Shown in pieces: positions 1 to 12,027 of a stretch of DNA of 64,000 nt (the stretch's first letter is position 1; each line of letters opens with the position of its first letter). Source of the stretch: Cercozoa sp. M6MM (taxonomy: Eukaryota > Protista > Endomyxa: Ascetosporea); assembly GCA_040357565.1 (NCBI GenBank), contig JBDODJ010000050.1. The stretch is one strand, 5' to 3'. Made by a program: the position numbers and the translations under genes. The notes under the pieces are model-generated. The model was not told where the DNA came from, did no database searches, and was given only the letters and a program-made list of their open reading frames with translations.

Positions 1-1137
1 ATTTTTGTCTGTTTCGCAACTTTCCAATGTCGCTGCACGACCAAGATTTCCGACAGCAGTTGCTGACACTGCAGGTGGCCAATGTGCCAGGTGTGAACTC
101 GCCTGCCTCGCTGTGGCAGCTCAGTCACCGCGCACTGTCTCACGGACTCCTGGCACAGACTTGGTACTTGCTTTTCGACCAGTTGTTTCAGTCAATCAGT
201 GCTGTCTTTGTACAGTGTGCCAGTGATTCCGCTGCGCTGGTTCCCGAACAATCAGTCGCCGGGCGGTGCTGCCGATCAGATCGCTCATTTGCTGCCTTTG
301 GGCGAGACCGAACGAGGTCACTCTTGGCGTTTCCCTCTTGTGCTCAAGTCTGGTACATTTGAAATAAATTAAACACTGCATCTGGTATGTTTGTACGGTT
401 CGAAACAGGTAGTGCAGACGGTGGCTACGGCAAGGTTAAGGTCAGTGACGAGGCGCAGTTGCGAGACGTGGTGGGAACGCTCCGACTGACGAGACTGCCG
501 TTCTCTCTAGAACCGTGTCTGTCGATTCGAAGCGAGTACCGTCTGCAGGCTATTGGGCAGAGTACGCACTGTTTAGTTTAGTTTAGTTTGGACGTGTGTT
601 TTCTGTTGTTTCTGTTGGTGTGACAGATGTGATCTGCTACGAGCGTGTGTCGACGACCTCGTGGAAGAACAACACCGGCAACGTACGCTTCGCTCATCGC
701 GAGGTTTTGCCGCGTCATCGCGAGTGGTTTCATCTTTGACACCTTTGACTGGGAAACAAGTTGTCTAGAGACACAATTCGACTCTCTGTACGCTCTCTGT
801 TTTAACAGGTGTGCAAGTGTTCAAAAAGTGCTCAAGATCGACATGTTCGCGTTGGACGGTACTTTGTCCAGAGTCTGTTCGTCTTGCATTAGTTGTGCAC
901 CCTTAAATGTTGTTGATTGTAGTCGCTGTCCTGGATGACGAAACAGAGGTGATCTTGGAGGTCAACGACTCGGCTTTTGGCCTGTGGTACCGTATTATTC
1001 TGATGCACACTAAATTTGGCACGCCTGTTTTGTCAGGTGGCAACGGTCCGCCGAAGATCGCCAGCAGATCCGCGATCTCGTGCTGCAGCGCATGCAGGAA
1101 ACTTTCAACCCGAAGTCGTCTTGAAACAGTTCCATGA
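1..1137 (+). CDS. Synapsin-like ATP-grasp protein, 5'-truncated by the window edge, multi-exon
   Basis: Successive exons read QDFRQQLLTLQVANVPGVNS, GSADGGYGKVKV, LEPCLSIRSEYRLQAIGQ, VICYERVSTTSWKNNTG, IDMFALD and VILEVNDSAFGL. These are colinear with synapsin C-domain motifs (GxPSVNS, GHAHxGMGKVKV, EPFIDxKYDIRIQKIG, WKxNTG, IIEVNDSS). Confidence 0.8.
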
Positions 1138-1516
1138 AGTCGCCCCCCCCCCCCCCGCCAACGAGACTGTCCGCTGACGCGGGCTCGAGCCGTCTGATTT
1201 GTTTAAGTCAACGCAAGTCGTGTGTTCTTTCAGTTTTGCTATCGTATTGGATTGCAATTGTACATGTACTGGTACTCGCGAGCGGACGGGAGTTCAGATA
1301 TGCGTTGGAGCGCTACATGACATCGACCGTACGCTTTACTGGAAGACAAGTGATGCGCGTTACTTCGTGTAGACTGCGCTGGCGTGGCTTAAATCACGAT
1401 CAGCATCCGACAATACGATACGGGCTCTTTCGTCGAATGCGATGATTTCCAAGTCGAGGTTCATGTGCTTGTTCAGGTTCATTTCATACGACGGATACTG
1501 GGGGAGGGGGGGGGCG

Positions 1517-3686
1517 TCAGATCTTGTCGTAGGAGAGCAGCAGTGAGATTGTGATAAAGACGACGTAAAGACCAATCATGACGAAGGAGAGCTTGCGGTT
1601 GAGGCACCAGCCAGTGTACTTGATTGAAATAATCGTGGCCCTGTCGAAAAGCAAAGTGCGTTTGAACTAACAATAGAAATGCGGACTGAAGGGCAGTTGG
1701 TACCCAACCATGCCGGTAAGCAGTAGCACGGAAACTATGAGACCCTACAATCGCGTACTCCCCCAGAATATTATAGCAGCAGTGTGTTGTAAGTTGATTG
1801 TACCTTAGAGTCAATCTTCAAAGGTCCCGATATCCACGTCTTGAGCATCCACGGAACTGGTCTGTTAGTTGAGAACGGTATCATCTAGTATGTTCAGGAC
1901 TCGGTGAGTGCACATACAAGCCAACGAGAATGTCGAAGACATTGCTGCCGAGACTGCTCGAGACAGCCATGTCACCAAATCCCTGTTTCGCGACGATGAC
2001 ACTCGAGATCGCGTCGGGGATGCTGAAGCAGTTTGCACATTGTTTTGTAACATACAATGCAAAATACAACAACATCCAACAACGAAAAATACGAATACAA
2101 CAAATTATATAACCTACAAGATACATCAAGTTCACCTTTAAAACAGCGGAACCACGTACCTTGTACCAGCAGCAAGAACAGTGAGGCCCATGACTTCATC
2201 CGGAATGTTGAGATCTTTGCCGATGGTGGTGGCACACCAGACCATTAAGTACGTGAAGGCAGCAATCCACAGAAGCGACATGGCAAACGTGGCGAGGTGC
2301 CACCTTCGCCACTTGTCTCGCCGACAGTCGGGTATCGTTAGCGCCATCACAATGTTCAAAGGCAGAGCGACAAGGAAGTACAGTTGCTCTTTGCGTTCCG
2401 AAGGCCAGGAAAAGGGACCTTCAAACTCACTCGTCGTGGAGGTGTCACTTCTTGGATGCGCAAGTGGCCTGCGCTCAGCTAGTTCGGTGGCCTCCTCCGA
2501 GTCCGATTCGGCGTAGTGCTCGACACAGCGGCGACACGCATGGGTTTCGTGCACGGTGTTGGGAGGATCAAAGGTGCCTTGAACACAGAGCAAGAGTTCT
2601 GCTACGACCTTGTTGAACCCGATTCGGTACGGGTTCTTTGCCCACACTGCAGAAATTCGTGACTGCGGCATTCCACTACTGCTTCGTTTCTTCAACACTG
2701 ACGTTTTTAAAGGAAGAGAATGTGATTCGCTCATATCCTCCAGTTCATGTATCCTTGCTTTGATCTGCTCTGTTGTTTCGTCCATTCTTCTCGACTTGCT
2801 GAAACTGCGGCTCGTTTCCACCCCGGTGCGCGTCATGTCACCAAACTGAAAGCGCAGTTTGAACCATGTCTCCAACGATTCGTTGAAGTACATCACAAGC
2901 ACGTATCTGCAATCAAGAAAAGTAATTGAACTTACTAAGCGACAGACAAGGGTAGTTTACCCTCCGTATAGGACGAAGAGAATGACAGCTTCATACCACC
3001 GAACTGTTGAGTCACTGATGAAACCAACGAGAACGAGCAAACTCGACCCGTAGTAGGTCGAGTCACGAGCCAGAGGCCACCAGTCTAGTGGGAGCCTGTG
3101 GTGACCGGTGACCCACGCACACAGACCTACGACGAACAGAACGTTAAACACTGCGCTTCCCACAATCGTGCCAAAGCCGACCTCGCTTTCGGCCACAAAA
3201 ACGCCGATCTGCAAGTTATGTTCACGATTGCTTCTTCGCATTAATGAACATTGTTTTGTCACGTACCACAGAGGTAAAAAGCTCAGGTGCCGAGCCGCCG
3301 GCTGCCATGAAGGTTGCTCCAGCGACATCAGCCCGCAAGTCCAGTTTTTCCGAAAAAATTTCCAGCGAAGAGACAAAGTAGTCATCGCAGACGATACTCA
3401 GGCCGAGAAACATGTAGGTGACGCCAATGAAATGCAAGATGAGAGCTCCATTTGCACGCTGAGACTTTGAGAACAAGTCATCCGGAAACTCTTCGAGAAG
3501 CTGATCTTGATGAGCAACGACGGATCGGCTTGACTTGCGCCAAAGTTCACGAAGCACCCACGCAAGAAACAAAAGGAAGAAACAAACGAGAAAGACGCTT
3601 CGCCGCAAGCGACGAAAGCTGGTGTTAAGGCGCTTGATATCAAACGGCTTTCGCCTCCCGGTTTGCACTGGCGTCGGGCTTAGCAT
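1517..3686 (-). CDS. K+-dependent Na+/Ca2+ exchanger (NCKX/SLC24 family), multi-exon
   Basis: Alpha-1 repeat [20 protein letters not shown] and [14 protein letters not shown]; alpha-2 repeat [45 protein letters not shown]; TGA stop at 1517-1519. Confidence 0.93.
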
Positions 3687-4142
3687 GCGCGATAGTCAGC
3701 TTTGGGCTGCCAGCGACTCAGTGCTTACAAGCTAGCAATGATTCACCTTTGGCATGTTCCGCGCGGATAAATTTAGTGTCAAAATTTACTGCACTGACAG
3801 TCTACTCGACTGGTACGAACGGAACTGAGGGAGACTCATGCACTGCTACGCTAGGTGATAGCGGTTGAATCGTAATGGTACTAGGGTTACTAGGTAATTT
3901 AGTTACGCTTCAATGCATGTCGCTTCTAAAACTTTGTGCGGAACATAATGATTATGGACTGAGCGTTTCTGTTTGAAGTTGCTGAGGTTTGTATTTTCCT
4001 AGTTTGACTTGTTCGAAAGGTAAACTGTCTGCGGTGCTGTATCGGCAGCTATCGATAATGGCCGGTTCGTCCCGGGCAGTTTGCGTTGACCGGATAAATT
4101 TACACCACAAAATCGCCGGCTGTCGCTCATCGACAGCTTAAA

Positions 4143-5366
4143 TTAGTTGTAGTCGTAGTTTGCAGTCGGAACGTAGTTCCACGACGCACGTGTTGCCGCA
4201 GGACGCATGAACTTGAGCAGCAGTTCCGATGGAGTAACTGCCGGGAAGGGACCGTCCTGAAAGCCGCCTGAGTCTGGATCATTGGGTTCGGGCGCAGGAA
4301 TGATGTTGTTGTTTTGCACATCACCTGCCGCGTTCACCATGGTGAGCATCACCATGAGCATTTTGTTGAACTGCCAGTTTTTTTGCATCACGAGGTACTG
4401 CACCTCCTTGGACAGGTCGATGTCGAGCAGTGCTCCCTCTGTTCGAACCTTGATGAGTTCTTGCTCGCCACGCAGACCCTTGTTCAAGAGTTCGCCCACA
4501 ATGTGTCCATCTTGGGCACATGAGTCCGGCAGAGCAGTGTGCAGGACAGAAAAGCTACTATCAGCCAGGTCTCGCATAAGTTTCGGCAGCGACATGTCGT
4601 CAGCACTGGCCGCAATGAAGCGAACTTTGTCGCTGTCACGCACGACGCCGTCAACGCCGATGCGCAAGGAGGCGCGCACCTTGCTCGCCTTGCGCACCAC
4701 GGGCACGCGAAAGCCGAGCAGTCTGCACAGTACTTATATGAGTGACTAGAGAAAGACTGAGTTGAAACACTGACGTCTCTGTAAATTACGGAAAACATAA
4801 TTAGGGTTACGCAGAGTGGCCGCCTCCAGGAAAAACCCCTCCGTTGAACGGACCGAGGACAGGGAAATCCCCAATGATGCTGAAGATGCTGTTGAAGATG
4901 CACGACGTTGTCTCGGCAGTGAGTGCGTTGCCAGCACCGGCGGTGGCCCCAATCGCCAGAGCCATCGACGGCTTGCTGGATATTCCAGTGCACCACTACA
5001 GTAAACTTACACGTACCTAGTGACTACCTGAGTAGATCGAAGATGAAGACTGAGAAAAGCTCTCGGTACCTTTGGGCACAAGTGCGCTGCCTGGGCATTG
5101 AGAGCAGATTCGCACTGCGAAGCACAACCTGCACCTGCCGAGGGTGCTGAGTCCACGTGCTCGAGTAAACTGAGACGGTTTTGCATCGCGCCGTGGTGCT
5201 CCTGGATCAAAGCAAACTTCTGGCGGAACTCAAACGCAAGCGATTTGAGATCCGTTCGCGTCGCAGCGATGTCATTCGACAAAACTTGGTACGGCGAATT
5301 TACTTGAGCTTGCGTTCCGACCCACAGTAGCAGCGTTGTAACACCCCAAACGGACAGTGACGGCAT
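4143..5366 (-). CDS. Orphan protein with predicted signal peptide and short coiled coil, multi-exon
   Basis: Starts MPSLSVWGVTTLLLWVGTQAQ; long terminal exon 4143-~4720 with coding-like codon usage; internal junctions uncertain. Confidence 0.6.
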
Positions 5367-5926
5367 TAGGAATTTACGTTTTCTAAATCTCACTCTTGTA
5401 TCCAAACATTCCAAAACCGATGTTGCTGATTAAACTGAAAAACGCAGCATAATTCGGCAGTTTCTCTGTCAGGTTTAGCCACGACCAAGCCAAGATCCGA
5501 TAGATGAATTGGCACGGAAAGTACAGTAAAACTCCGCACGGCATGCGCCGAAAGCGGAACGGACTGCTACAGTACTTTATCGTTTTGCGTGAAACGAAAC
5601 AAAAAACGAAGCACGCACGATGCTACCGCTCGAAGGCAATCCGATCGATCGAAAGCATGCATGCGCTGCATGTACCGTACGGTAAGAAACGAACTATGGT
5701 AATTCAAAAATTGTTGTGTTGCGTTGTCTTCGCTTATTGTCGTGCATGTGCATTTGCATGGATGTGTTGGGACGGTAGGCGTTCCGATCAGTTCGGGTTG
5801 TAGGCAAGTCGAGTGCATCTGATTCTGTCTATGTTGCTGTTGTTGTGTCGATGGCCCGTGCGAGCGGTGTGTGAGACTAGTGAGGTTGACGGTGTGTATG
5901 CGCGCAGGTGTGTTTGTGTGTGTGTG

Positions 5927-8854
5927 TCAGACGAAAAAGACACTGCCGCTGAGCTGACTCTCGGTGTAGGACGTGTTGGTGTTGGTCTGCGTGGTGTACG
6001 TGCTGTACGTGCCCGTGTTGGTGCTGTACGCACTGGCGTAGCTCGTGCCGACTACGTCACTGTGCGCACACGGTCCGCGCGGACGTGTCGCAGTGCCGCT
6101 GCACATGGACTTGGCCAGGTGCGACGCCAGCAGCAGCACCACGCACGACATGGCGCCCAGTGCCACTGCAGGGGGGGGGGGGGGCCCGGGGAGGGGGGGG
6201 GGTAAAGCAGAAACTACTCAGTCCGAAGCGCTGGTAGTGCAGCGCCATCGGTTCGCCGGCCCAGACGAATTCGGTGTCTTCAAAGTCCGTCTTCTGTGCA
6301 ATCTCACAACGCACATATACACAGGTAGACAGATAGGTCAATAGTAGGTCAATAGTAGGTCAATAGTAGGTCAGTCAATATTAGGTCAATAGTAGGTATA
6401 TAGTAGGTCTGTAGTAAGTCTAAAGGAGGTTAAAAGTACCAAGGCATACTTGTCCCTGAGTGCCGAGTACAGCAGTCGCAGATCGCCGTCGGAGCGTCCG
6501 TGATCACTCACGAGGTGTCGAGCATGGTCCCATTCCTCCGGATGACTGTACACGCAGTCTTCGCTGCAGGACACGGCCATCAGCACTGGGTGCTGCACCG
6601 TGTCGCTGTCGTTTCCGGACAGCACCGGCGCCATGCAGCAGAACGACGACACCAGAAACGACTTGTTGCTCACCGACTTGGCTACGTTCTACATACACGT
6701 GCATATAGGTAGGTGCGTAGCTGGGCAGGTAGCTGGGTAAGTAGGTAGGTAGGTAGGTAGGTAGGTAGGTAGGTAGGTAGGTAGGTAGGTAGGTAGGTAG
6801 GTAGGTAGGTAGGTAGGTAGGTAGGTAGGTAGGTAGGTAGGTAGGTAAACATAGCGTATCAACATCTTTATATATAAGTATATCGGTATACATTGGTATA
6901 TAGGTATTGCATGGGAATATATACAGGATATATATATATAATATATATATAATAGGATATATATATATGTATGGGTCTATAGATTCAAGTCCATAATACA
7001 ACATGTATATGGGTATAAAAGGTGTATATATGTGTGTATGCAAAGTTAAAGCGATGTATGTATCTATCTGTATATAGATACCTATACAAATGAAATACAG
7101 AGGTAGGATACCCGGCTATAGTTGACACCGGCACCGTCCTGCAGGTTCACAATGTAGCCGCCGTGTCTATCGCGCAGCTCGCGCAGTTTCGTTACCTGTA
7201 CCGGAGGGTGTGGGGGGGGGGATAAATAGGAGGTAGGGAATAGGGGGGTATAAACGCACAGTAGAGGCCAGTGACGCATCGTCCAAGCGCTCCACGGTGG
7301 CGAAATTCTCTTGCTTGGCATAGTCCCTATCAACAGGTACAAACAGACTTGTGTCGTACCAACAGACAGGACGCATAGACTAGTTAAGTGGGAGAGGCAT
7401 ACATAGCAAGCGAAAAGGTCCAGGCGCTCAGTGCGGCGATGCACAAAAACAACAGCAGAAACTTGAGCGCACTCAGACTTAGTTTCCTCCTTCACACGGG
7501 GGTACAGAGGGGATAACAAAGGGTGAGAGAGGGCTTAAAGGGGTAAAGGGGTAAAGGGGTAAAGGGGTAAAGGGGTAAAGAGGGCGATAAAGAGGGGGTA
7601 ACGATGTACCTGTAGCGGTACAAAGCGACCGGCGTCACCAGAAACGACGCCGCGAATAACACCGGCGCCACCGACGTCGATTCAAACACCAGCGCCGGCA
7701 GCACGCAGCCCAGCATCTGGGGAAGGGGTAAAGGAGTAAAGGAGTGGGATAAAGGGTAAAGGATAAGGGGTAAAGGGTAAAGGGTAAAGGTAGGAGGTAA
7801 AAGGCATGGGTACAATCAGCACGAGGAACTGGAGCCACAGCACGCGCATCAGAAACTGCGCAGCATCGGTCTTGTCGCGCTCCTTCTCCTCGCGGTACAT
7901 GTAGACTTGTCGAGACTCCTCCTCCCTGTCCGAGCTTCTCCTGTTATTATTGGTCCTCCTGCCGCCTGTTCTTGATCGCTCTAAGGAAGCCCCCCAAAAA
8001 CTATACACTCAAACGAGTCGATATCCCAACGCATCGTACCAAACTGCCTCCGAGAATCCTCGTGTGTGTAACTGTCGTACGACAGCGAGACCTCTTGTGC
8101 ACTCGAAAGTGTCCCTGAACAAACACTTAAGTGAAGGAAGCACGCTGCTGCCCCATCAGCACACACAGGAAAAAAGAAAGCAAGAAGGGTCACACCGCCC
8201 TCGAGATCAAGCTCATCCACAAGCGAGTCTATTGAGATCTCGCTTTCGCGAAGCCGTGGCATACACTGCCTTGAGTACTGCTGTTGTTAGCCTATCGTAT
8301 GCACTACAGCAGCGGGGCTCGTGTATCAACTGGTCAGTGGTGGCTTCTCCCGGCTGCTGTAGCCACTAAAAACAGGAAAACAACGCGCTAGTTAGACCTG
8401 CACGAAGCGTGCGATGTGGCATGCAACGTCGCTGCATACTCCGACAGGCAGCAAAGCGACGCTAATCGCTACGGCAAGGAAAATACGATTGGTCTCTGTG
8501 TGTCGGCGAAAAATACAATAAATCGTACACATGGCGGCTTGGAGCCTTCGGCGCTCTCTCTCGCGCTGAATGAGTTCTAAAAGCGAGTCGCGACATTCAA
8601 AGTCAGGTCGTTCGATCAGAAGTGGTGCCTCTGCCCTCGGGGTGTGGTTGCTGTCAACAACTTCGATCACGACATCCTCGCGGTTCAGCACGGCAGTCAG
8701 CAGCGTGTGGTGTCCGCGCTGAAAGCGATGGCAATGAGAGATGGGAGCACAACTTTATCTGTATTTTGGGTACCTGAGCAGCGATGGGAACGATGCCCCA
8801 ATCACTAACGTCCGTATTGTCACTCAGATTGCTGGGAGGTTGCACTGGCGCCAT
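5927..8854 (-). CDS. Uncharacterised multi-pass membrane protein with many exons
   Basis: Exons joinable through GT-AG introns, starting MAPVQPPSNLSD. Hydrophobic segments IFLAVAISVALLPV, FLMRVLWLQFLVLI, LGCVLPALVF and ALGAMSCVVLLLA; Ser/Thr-rich C-tail. Introns carry simple repeats. Confidence 0.65.
6741..6846. repeat. (GGTA)n tetranucleotide microsatellite, intronic; reads (TACC)n on the sense strand
   Basis: Perfect gtaggtaggtag run, followed by a TA-rich tract to ~7085. Confidence 0.97.
7510..7805. repeat. Intronic (GGGGTAAA)-type tandem repeats in two introns
   Basis: ggggtaaaggggtaaaggggtaaa at ~7540-7580 and gggtaaa units at ~7718-7800. Confidence 0.9.
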
Positions 8855-9197
8855 CAGGCCGCGTGTTGCGCCTGTCACTCCCGCTTGTCTGTGGTTCAAG
8901 CAGCTTCTCGATTTGTTTCCAATTTAGTTGCAGTGCTATAGAGCGAAACGTACTCACGATATAGTGGTGGGATCGGCCGCGAGTCCTTCCACAAATCTGC
9001 ACAACAAAGCTGTTCCTATTGTTTTAGTGTCAGTGTATGTGTGTACCCAAAAGAAAGTCCAGGATGTCGGCGTTGCCTCGGTAGCAGGTGCAAAGACACA
9101 CGAAGAACAACTCGTCGCGAAAGAAGGAAAAACGCCGTCCGTCATGAAGCAGTTTGCAGCACTAAACAAGGATAAGTCTGAGCTTATTAAGAAATAA

Positions 9198-10880
9198 TGA
9201 ATCAAGTACCAAATCTACCTTTTGCACACTCCGAATGTCTCCTTCAAAGGCACGATCGACTAGCCGATGATACACGGCGAAACGAACGCGCTGCTTTCAT
9301 AAACAGACTGACTGATAGCTAGGGTGTAGGAGGGTGCCAGCGTGCCCTACCTGTCCGTACGTGGGTGCAGCAAACACGAGCTACAACACTCACGATAAAA
9401 AACTATGGGACTTTAGGCAGTGTTCAGAGTTTGTAGCAGAGGCGGTACCCTGTAGGTCTGCGAGTCCACTCTAACTAAAGGCGTCAGAGCGTGGGTGCGA
9501 CTCAAGACTCGTGTGCGCCATCTGCACCAACGTAGTCTCAGTCTCAAGAATTTGTACTCTAAAGCACCGAGACTCCGCTGCTCGACATTGACGTTGTTCC
9601 CACGGTGGCGCCGCATGTGAAACAGCCATGCGAACAAAATGCGCTAGGGATCAGAAACGAAGCATGTAGCGAGTGAGTGAACTGATACAGTAAGTGACTT
9701 AACTTACCGGGAAATTAGGCACATCGTCTCGTTGCATCGCAGACGGCCTCAGCGAAGAACGCGCTTCGCTGTGCCTCGTTTGGGGTGACACACGACGCGT
9801 TTATATCTCAGCTTGCCATCTTTGACCCAGTTTACATCCTTGTCCGTGCCTGCAACTAACTGAATAGTCAGTCTAGAGGTCCCATTCGGACTTTGCTGAG
9901 GTTTAATGAATATCGAATGACTTTGGCGGTCTGAGTGAAGATTAACTGTGATGAGGCCGGGCGCTACGTGATGAGGCCGGGCGCGCGTCATTGTTATCAC
10001 GCCAGTACGCTACTAAGTTCAGTTTACGCGCGGACGCTCCGATACAGTACGTACGTAGGTAGCAAGTATGCGGCATAGATACGTGTTACTGTCAACATCA
10101 AACAACCTACTCGGCCGACTACTTGCTCCGCGAGGAAGCAACTATCAGTATGCCAACTAAGAATTGAAGTGTTTAGTTATGGTTGAGAGCTGGTAGCCTA
10201 ACAATTTAGTGTTGCCTAGCTTGGCATACCCTGTGTTTGGTAGAGTGGCGAGCAGCTCGAAACTGTGCAAGAATTGAAACAGCCCTCTTTCCAGATACCA
10301 GGTACCTCAAAGGATACCGTGCTTGTTGACACCAAAGCAACTGACTTGCTCTACCTTGAGCAGGCAAGAGGGTTTTCTTTTGTTTGTCTTCGAACAAACC
10401 TCTCAACACTCTCAACTGTAACGACGGCCCTACCTGCCTTGGGCTAACCTTCTCTCTTCTGATATCTTTCGGTTTATTGAGACGTCTAACTAACACTGAT
10501 GTTACTGCACATTTTCAGTAGTCATTGCTCGACCCGTCCGCGTGGAGGTCATAATCTATGCCTCAACAAGTTTGAGATAAGGAAGAAGTTTAAGAGTGTT
10601 TTGGCTTGGTACCTTGCTCTGAGACCTAACTACTGACTCAGTGGATTGCTGTTGCTGTAGATCTTGCCTGGACAGAGTCCTTGCAGAGAAGCAGAAAGCT
10701 CCGTCACGGCTTCAGCCTGGTCAGTTAGCTCATTGGCTGGTTTCCATTCCACTCACTTCGTCGTGTGTTCACAGGCGGAGTTTTTTTCTTTCATAAACGC
10801 ATTGTTACGACCAAGGACGTCTTCCTTCGGTCGAGATCCAGTGGGATCACTACGAGACCCAGTAGGGGTATTTCACCTAC
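9198..10880. pseudogene. Possible decayed coding or mobile-element remnants
   Basis: Protein-like frames (+ from 9198; - from ~10860) interrupted by scattered TAG/TAA/TGA; no recognisable domain. Confidence 0.25.
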
Positions 10881-11152
10881 AGTTCTAACGTTGACTCAAC
10901 TGAGTGACGACTTATCTAATTGAATGATTTATTTAGTCTCTCCTTTCCCTTACTGATTGGGCCATTGAGCCGCAGTAACACTGAATTAAACGGCCTTACA
11001 TTCTTACTTTTCTTTGGTCGTTGCCTTCACTAAAATTGACGATCTCACATCGCATCAACATACGATACGTACAAACAAAAGTTGCGGTGATTATATAAAT
11101 TTAAACCAACACCGGCAACGCACAAATGAAAGCACCGTGAAGCAATCACGGT

Positions 11153-11991
11153 CTAGTCGCCATCAGCGAATCGCTGCCCGGTGACTGGACAGACCGACTT
11201 GCCCTTGTTCATGCAGAGGTAGTGGCAGATCACGCTGCCCACGAAAGACAAATACTGATGTGTGATACTAAAAGGCACTCAAGTACCCATTGGGGAAGAA
11301 AGCAAACGCTGCTCGGCCAATGCGTTTCTCGCACACTCTACGAGACGCCACACTCAAAGTAAAAAACAAAATCCTTGACAAAGCTGGACATACCTGCATC
11401 GCGTGTACTCGTCGACTCGCACCCTGGGTGCCTGAGCCTGGTGCAGCAACGTTTTCGTGCGGAAGCAGTCGGCACTGGCGAGGCGGCGCGCCACCTTTTT
11501 CCAAACAGTAAAAAGCAAAGGCAATGCTACCAAAGTGAGAAACTAAAGCACCTGCAAACGACGTCGTTTCGCCTCATCGACGGCCAACTTTTTCGACAGA
11601 AGTTCTCGCAGTTGGCAAATTGGCGCACCCTCCGGCAGAAGCTGTGAGTGTGTTTCAATTTCAGCCAGTTCCATTCTTTGACAGAAGTATGAGAGAACAA
11701 ACCTCCAAAGCATGCACAAGATCGACACGTTCCAGCATCTCGGTGCACACGTCCACCACTGCTCGCAAAAAGAGTCAAAGCGAAAGTAGCAAAAACGAAA
11801 AACACGTACCGACAGACACGGCGTTGTGAATCTGCTGCGTTGTCACCTGCGTCGTGTAGTCCTGGTAGTGAATATCAATCGTGACACGCGACGGCAGCAG
11901 CAGCGCCTCCAGTAGCGCCGAATAGACACCGCGGCCTTCTCGAAGCTGCTCCAGTTGCTCGCCCTCACTTCATACACACAGCAGTTTTATA

Positions 11992-12027
<36 letters not shown>

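Noticed and set aside
6504-7043. ORF with (LPTY)n repeat
   Set aside because: Translation of the intronic (TACC)n microsatellite.
9948-9987. Tandem GTGATGA motifs as snoRNA C boxes or CRISPR-like repeats
   Set aside because: Only two adjacent copies, no spacers, and no convincing D box or guide arrangement.
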